From NCBI RefSeq assembly GCF_006345805.1, contig NW_021832271.1:1-64000 (forward strand): 64,000 nucleotides of DNA, written 5' to 3'. A program made the position numbers and the translations under genes. This document shows, in pieces, positions 56,840 to 64,000 of the stretch. The notes under the pieces were generated by a model. The model did no database searches. It was not told the DNA's origin and saw only the letters and a list, made by a program, of their open reading frames with translations. Source of the stretch: Octopus sinensis. Taxonomy: Eukaryota. Position 1 is the stretch's first letter. Each line of letters opens with the position of its first letter.

Positions 56840-57975
56840 TGCCTAAATCCATTCTGAGAGTACGTTTTTTATGTGATAGATTTGGACGACTTCCACGCAA
56901 ATAGCTTCCTTCATATCGTTCAATGTACGGGGCTTTTGCGCATACACATATGCGTTGAGGTTTTGCCACAAGAAATAATCAAACATGGACAAATCATCGG
57001 ACTGCGGAGGCAAAGCAATGCCAGCAAACCTAGAAATGAGGTGGTCACTGAAGAGAGAGCGAAAAACGTCCATTCATGCTCTGGCTGTGTGGGCCGTCTC
57101 CCGACCCTGCTGATGCCACACACGTCGATTAGGCATACGTTTTTGAGGTAATTCAGGCATAAAGAAGCTGTTTATCATCTCGATGTAACGCTCGGAGATC
57201 ACAGTAACAGCATTTCCATTATTGTCTTTAAAAAAGTAAGGACCAACGATGGCAGTTTTTCCAACGGAACACCAGACCATTACTTTGGGCTGTGCAGTGG
57301 TCATATGTGCGGTTTACTCGGATTTTTAAGAGCCGAATAAGCAGAGTTCTGTTGATTCACCATGCCATTGAGATGAAAATTAGCTTCATCACTCATTAAC
57401 AAAATGAGGCTGTCTTTTACCTAAAAAATTGCTTCCATCAGACGACTGAATTTAAGCCTCTGCACATAGTCCCATGATTTCAACTGTTGCCTAATGATCA
57501 ATTTCTACGGGTGGCAATGCAGTTCTTTATGCAAAATATGCCTTACCGATGCCAAGTTCAGTGGAATGCCTCCGAGGAGAGCAATTTGGACCCCGTATCA
57601 AAGCGTTCAACATTTTCCGAGATTCGAATCTCTCGTGGCGCCCTCGCCGGTCTCGTACTCATTAGAGTACCTCGTGAACGATGTGCATTCACTCTGAGCA
57701 GAATTGCGTTACGGGTGGGAACAGCCTGATTTCGGTGAATGTTGAAGTAGCACCAAACGCACGCTTAACTGCTGTGACAAACTCATTATTCTTCCGTAAC
57801 TGTCGCACGCAGACACGCGACGGTCTTTTGTCCACAGCGCCATGATTTCACCTGAGGAAAACTAAGAAAAAGTACTAAGACATTACGGACCGAGCAGTAT
57901 CTGTCGATCATATGTCCCTCTCGTTGGGGCCGAATAATAGCCATTTCAAAAACGTCCGTCCTCTCTGCCCTCACC

Positions 57976-57978
<3 letters not shown>
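56840..57978 (-). mobile_element. Degraded Tc1/mariner DD41D (rosa-type) transposon
   Basis: LMSDEANFHLNG, VMVWC...IVGPYFF, QQ(D>G)RETAH, then exactly 41 residues to the D of FDYFLW. TIR-like end caccct(a)TA at 57972-57980; other TIR not found. Confidence 0.88.
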
Positions 57979-58017
<39 letters not shown>

Positions 58018-58020
58018 CAA

Positions 58021-58296
58021 TAATAAAGGGTAAAACTAATTAATTATTAATTAATTTTACCAAGTAGTGTTCAGTATGTAAAACGACCATTTACGGTATA
58101 TTTGAAATATTACATTATAAAAATAGGGTTCAGTAAAACAATTTACTTTACCACACACCGAACTTTTTAGAAACAGCAGCCAAAAACTTAGCTATTTCTT
58201 CTACTGTAGAAGAGATAGCTAAGTTTTTGGCTGCTGTTTCTAAAAAGTTCGGTGTGTGGTAAAGTAAATTATTTTACTGAACCCTGTTTTTATAAT
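58021..58296. mobile_element. Penelope-like end fragment with snap-back palindrome
   Basis: Starts taataaagggt; homologous to 41560-41755; 91-bp arms 58114-58204 and 58206-58296. Confidence 0.75.
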
Positions 58297-58919
58297 ATAA
58301 TATATATATATTATGTGCTTTGCACAACGAAATTTCACTTATATTGAACGCTTAAACGGTGGCTAGGCAGAAGATTGTCGCTCATTTTACCGTGACATGG
58401 TATCGAACACGCCAATTTCTACGCGATTATTTCACAGCTAAATTCCCATTTATACAAACAAGCGTATGTATCTACATTCTATGAATATCGGAGCAAGATG
58501 AAACAAAGCGGAAATGTGAACATTAAGCGAAAAAATACGACATATTATACGATAAATCATTTGTACAGAGATGATATTTTTTTCCAGTTCACTTTATGTA
58601 AACATATACGAAAAACGTCACATTCTTATCCAAACATTATGCGATGGAGATTGCGTGAGCTCTATAGGAACAGTTTTCATTGAAATATCTTAATGTGAAT
58701 GTATATAAAATGTTGCAGATATAACACAAGCGTAATTGAATTCATGTTTAATCATTGTTGCTATGAATTATAACTTTCTTATTTTGTTATCGTATGTACT
58801 AGACGAAACAAGGAAAGAACATTATGTAAGTGTGTACATGTATACATACACACATACATGCTTACATGTATACATACATTAACACACACACACACACTTA
58901 CATGTTGAATTCTTGGGAT

Positions 58920-59228
58920 GCATGTATGTGAATATGTATATTTGTATGTATGTATGTATATTTGTATGTATGTATGTATGTATGTATATATATTTGTATG
59001 AATGTATGTATGCATGTATGTATGTATGTATGTATGTATATTTGTATGTATGTATGTATGTATGTATATTTGTATGTATGTATGTATGTATGTATGTATA
59101 TATATTTGTATGAATGTATGTATGTATGTATTTATGTATGTATGTATGTATATTTGTATGTATGTATGTATGTATGTATGTATGTATGTATATTTGTATG
59201 CATGTATGTATGTATGTATGTATGTATG

Positions 59229-59263
<35 letters not shown>

Positions 59264-59290
59264 ATATATTATATATATATATATATATAT
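58920..59290. repeat. (TATG)n/(TCTA)n/(TA)n microsatellite block
   Basis: Directly visible. Confidence 0.95.
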
Positions 59291-60004
59291 GTCTACATAC
59301 ATAAGACACACACTCACACGAATACAGCACACACATGTATAATATATATTCTTGTCTAAATGTATATATTTATGATGCACAATGATTTCTTCCCAGGAAA
59401 TATAATCGAATTTATCCAGTATAGAGAAGCTTTTAAAATGGAATTTTCCTCGTTGACAAAGCAAGTCAGAAGCAGCAGCTGTTTAAATCCATTTGTTTCC
59501 TAGAAGCAATATTCACGTCTTTTGTAAGAGAGAGACAACGCATTGTCACTTGAAGCGCCCTACCTTATTACTGACATTTATTAATCTATCGAAAAAGATT
59601 GTGAAGACCACATTCTCGCCGAATAATAATGCAAAATATGAATATTGTGGGTGCAGCTGTCCTTGTTTCACTGAGGTGACTACATATGTATGATGCAGAG
59701 CCGAATACAAAAATGTAATTGAAAACATAGCAAAGAAACTAAAATAAGGCATTCTCAAGTTACATCAGTATTACCTTGTATGTCTGGAGCAGTGTATATA
59801 TATATACACATCATTGGAGATTACAAAAAAACAAACAACAACAAAAGATGAAGACGAACGTGTAAACAACAAACATATGTATTTGTTTATCGCTCGGGAA
59901 GTGAAAAATTCATTTACGTTTCGAGTCTACGCTCTTCAACAGAAAGGAACACAGAAATAAACAGACAGAAAATAAAAAAATGGTTTAGTGGCTAGCGATC
60001 AATC

Positions 60005-60058
<54 letters not shown>

Positions 60059-60376
60059 ATATAATATATATATATAGATATATATATATGTTTGTATGTA
60101 TGTGTGTCTGTGTGTGTCTCTGTGTGTCATTGTGTCTCTGTCCATCTCAACCGATGTCGATTCATTCGACTAAACATATTCTCGAAGGCGGTGCCCAACC
60201 CTGGGCGCAGTCTAATGAGTGAAACAAATACAATATAAAAGACAAAGATGAAGGTGCTCGAAAAATAAGAGGTGTTACCTCAGTTCACTGGTAGCGAACA
60301 GCTGACACTGTAATGCATCTCCAGCGTCAGATGCTGTGGAAAGGAAACAACAACAACAACTACAATAATAATAATA

Positions 60377-60928
60377 AACGCCCTGATGCATTGCCAGGCA
60401 GTGGCTCTCGTGGTTTCTGATCTTAACTGATTGGAAGTGTCATCATGTACATTGCTTTGTCTTAGTATAAAAGGTGGGCTATAGCAAATATTCTGCTCAA
60501 TACCACAGATTTGCTTGTCAGTTGTTTGACCTTAACCAGTTGAGCATGTCCCTTAGTGGCTGACGATATGTGCATCTCTGATCATGAACAGAAGTAGTGG
60601 GGGAGCATCATAGCCATGTGTTGAGAGGAATTCTTTGGGGTTTGAATAATACACCTTTGGAAACATGGGTGTTTCGTTCAACATCCTTAAAGAACCTTTA
60701 TTCAAGGATCTTTTGAGCGGGATGGGCTACACGACCAGAGCAAAATTCTAACTGGGCCCCACCTGCAAGGTCATGCGCTGTTTATCTTGATATGAGATCA
60801 TCGTGTAGCGCACATATGGTTGTGATGCATGTGCCTGGTGTACACTTATGAGAAGGGTAGTCATGATGGGTATACTGGGCTTCGTATATTTTATCCAATA
60901 TCACTTTGATGACATGCAAACTTCTCTC
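60377..60928. mobile_element. Unclassified repeat of about 550 bp flanked by (AAT)n
   Basis: GC-richer, ORF-less block with sharp (AAT)n borders on both sides. I recall similar sequence as an octopus interspersed repeat (not verified). Confidence 0.5.
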
Positions 60929-60938
60929 AATAATAACC

Positions 60939-60986
<48 letters not shown>

Positions 60987-62183
60987 TAATAATTATTATT
61001 ATTATTATTATTATTAATATTATTATTATTATTATTATTATCATGGTTTCAAATGTTTGTACAAGACCAGTCACTTTAGGTAAAGGGGTATGTTGATTAC
61101 ATCGACCCACGGGCTCAAATTAGACATATTATCAACTGTAATAGTGTGACAGGCAAGGCCAACCCCGGTGGAGTTCGAACTCAGAACATTTAGAGCCGGG
61201 ATACAAGACGCAATATATACGTGGCCGATTATTACGGTGCTTCATTAAATTCCATTGTCCATGTGTTTAAATTCAAATTCTGGAGGTTTTGCTTTCGTTA
61301 GGCTTACCATTTCTCTTGGGCCAAGAATATGATAACCAAATATATACAGCAGTCGGATTACTCGACTATAACCGTTCCTTACACTTCTCTGGCATTGAGC
61401 CATTGTAAAATATTGATTACGAGAATAATCGTGGTATATTTTTGAAGATGTTGCCGGAAATACTTGCAACATTAATTTCGACCGATATAACTTATTAATT
61501 TTGAGTAATCAGTATATTTATTCTATTTCAAGACATTCTGCATTATATTTCGACATGCTTGACAACTCCATTATTCATTTCCTATTGCAGTAATTACCCG
61601 CATCATTGTTCCTATGAACGTCTGTGAATTGCTGTTAGAAATCATTAAAAAGAAGAAAAAAAATGATATATATATAAATAAAGACCGAAAAAAAATGTAG
61701 CCTGAAATTACGCATCTGGATAGGAGGCAAGGCTTTTATTAAATTAAAATTTTCTTCAATAATATATTAGAATCCTAGAATTTCAATTTGGAAAATATAC
61801 TGAATCTACTTGGCAACAGGGAGCGTGCACTGCGGCAAAGAGTTACTGTATTGCTTACTTTAACGCTCAGCTATTTTAGAATAACTAAAAGAACTAAACA
61901 AAACTTTCTGTCAATGTTAATATCTTTTACACATTAGTAAAACACCCACTCACCAGATGGCCTCCTGCTTCTCATTACCATACGGGCGTATGCTTTACAT
62001 ACACACACACATGTTAACAGACACACACGGACATGCACGCGCGCGCACACACACTCACACACACACTAACAAACGTGGGTGTACCCACACATATGTATAT
62101 ATATTTTTTATATATGTATGTTTGTGTGTATCTCTGTATGGGTAGCTGGTTCTGTCTGGCTATCTATCTGTCTGTCTATCTAT

Positions 62184-62227
<44 letters not shown>

Positions 62228-62765
62228 ATCTATCTATCTAGATATGTGTGTGTGTGTGTCTGTCTGTCTATCTCTCTATCCATCTACATATCTCTCTCTA
62301 TCTCTCTGTCTATCTCTCTGCCTCTCTCTCTCTCTCTCTCTCTTTCTGTCTATCTATCTTGTTCCCAGCTCTACTCTCGCCTGGTTTTTCGGCGCCTGCA
62401 AGCTATAAGTTAACAAGCCTCTCATGGAATAGGCTCCAGAAAACTATCACAGATAAACATCCTAATTGTTTCAGATCGTTGGTTGCTCTTCATCCAAATC
62501 TAGCCTCCTGATAAGCATTATTCCCTTGGCACTTGTTCATAAAAAGTTTCAAGAATGAAAGAATTGGAACGGCTCCGCACAAACCATACCTACTATAATA
62601 ATATTCCACGTTAAGATCCTTTAAGAAACCAAGAGACCAGCTCAAAGAACTTCACGCTTTCTGAATAAATCCAGTGTTGTATACATGCCTCTTGGCTCCG
62701 CAGAAATTTTGCGTCTTACAAGAAAGAAGAAGCCTTCGTAAAAGATGGATATGGTGCACAGTATA

Positions 62766-62979
62766 TATTTCTTTACTACCCACAAGAGGGGACAAACAAG
62801 GACAGACAAAGGGATTGAGTCGATTACATCCCCCTAGTGCGAAACTGGTACTTTATTTATTGACCCCGAGAGGATGAAAGGCAAAGTCGACCTCGGCGGA
62901 ATTTGAACTCAGAACGTAACGACAGACGAAATACGGCTACGCATTTCGCCCGGCGCGCTAACGTTTCTGCCAGCTCGCC
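62766..62979 (-). mobile_element. SINE family A, full length
   Basis: Colinear with 18605; 9-bp TSD cacagtata at 62757-62765 and 62982-62990. Confidence 0.9.
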
Positions 62980-64000
62980 TCCACAGTATAGTGACCTCAT
63001 AGACATCCCTGGTGTCCTTCTACTTTGATTTTTAAATATTTTATGTTGTACTTTCTTTAATGCCTTTCTTCGAACTATTGACAAACGTCAGACCTTAGAA
63101 TTTATGGGTGTTGTACCAAGCGATTTCCTTGTCTTTCTTGTTTCGTTTCGTATCCTGACTTTTACACATGTTGGTTCTATACATGGGTTCGAACCTTTAG
63201 CAAACTGATGGTAATACTCACAATTATTTTGTTTGTTCTACTTGTTGACCTCATCCAATAAATTCTATAATGTGAGAAAATGATAATATATTCTTAATTT
63301 GCTTCATACGAAACAAGTATACGGTATCACGCTCATGGATATCAAGGTGACTATTTCTACATTAACTATCAAAGCGATGCTCTGGAAGTTTGGGTGGATA
63401 TTTTTTCTTTATTACCCACTAGGGAAAGTTTGGGTGGATATGGTTACTGTTATATATCGGGATGGCCAATTTTTTTTTTGCCCAAATAACCACAAACACT
63501 ATATACTCGTTCTTTACTTCAGCCATGTTATCATTTTTATTTTACTGTCCTTTTCCTCAAATCTTTTGTCACACATTCTGTGATCTCTTCAGTGCTTCTC
63601 CATCGCACGTGTGTCCTCTTGTTTTGCTTAGTTCATTCTAATAAACCTGAAGAGAACAACGGGTATATAGTGTGTGTGTGTGTGTGTGGTTATTTGGCAA
63701 AAGAAAAAAAAATGACCATCCCGATATATGTCGATATCGATTTCAACAAACGATTTCATATCAGGAATCTTGCAATAGGTGATAGCAATAGCGTCCTTAA
63801 AATGAGAGAACAAATGTTAATTGTCATCTATATTTTCTAAAACCATAAAATCCCATAGGGTATTTGTGTTATCATTTTCGACGATACCTTCAGGTTTGTG
63901 TTCGTACAAATTTTTTGCTCTGTCAAGTCCATACTTGTTGCAAAATGTCCAATGGACAAGCCTGACAATATTGTCGTGGCGTCTCTTATATACTCCTTCT

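Overview
AT-rich, microsatellite-saturated animal genomic DNA. From my recall of the repeat families it is most likely Octopus (an inference). I can support no intact host protein-coding gene. Most long ORFs in the track are microsatellite translations ([12 protein letters not shown]). The window holds three tRNA-derived SINE families (labelled A, B, C here), three non-autonomous Helitron copies, a MITE pair and a degraded DD41D (rosa-type) mariner transposase. It also holds fragments of CR1-, L2-, R4/Dong- and HERO-like LINEs. The standout signal is a recurrent set of ORF-less Penelope-like/retrozyme-like units of about 350-560 bp. These carry type I hammerhead ribozymes (one canonical, two near-canonical, several decayed), share a 3' end motif that abuts (TA)n tracts, and produce snap-back palindromes. 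All folds and alignments were done by eye, not computed.
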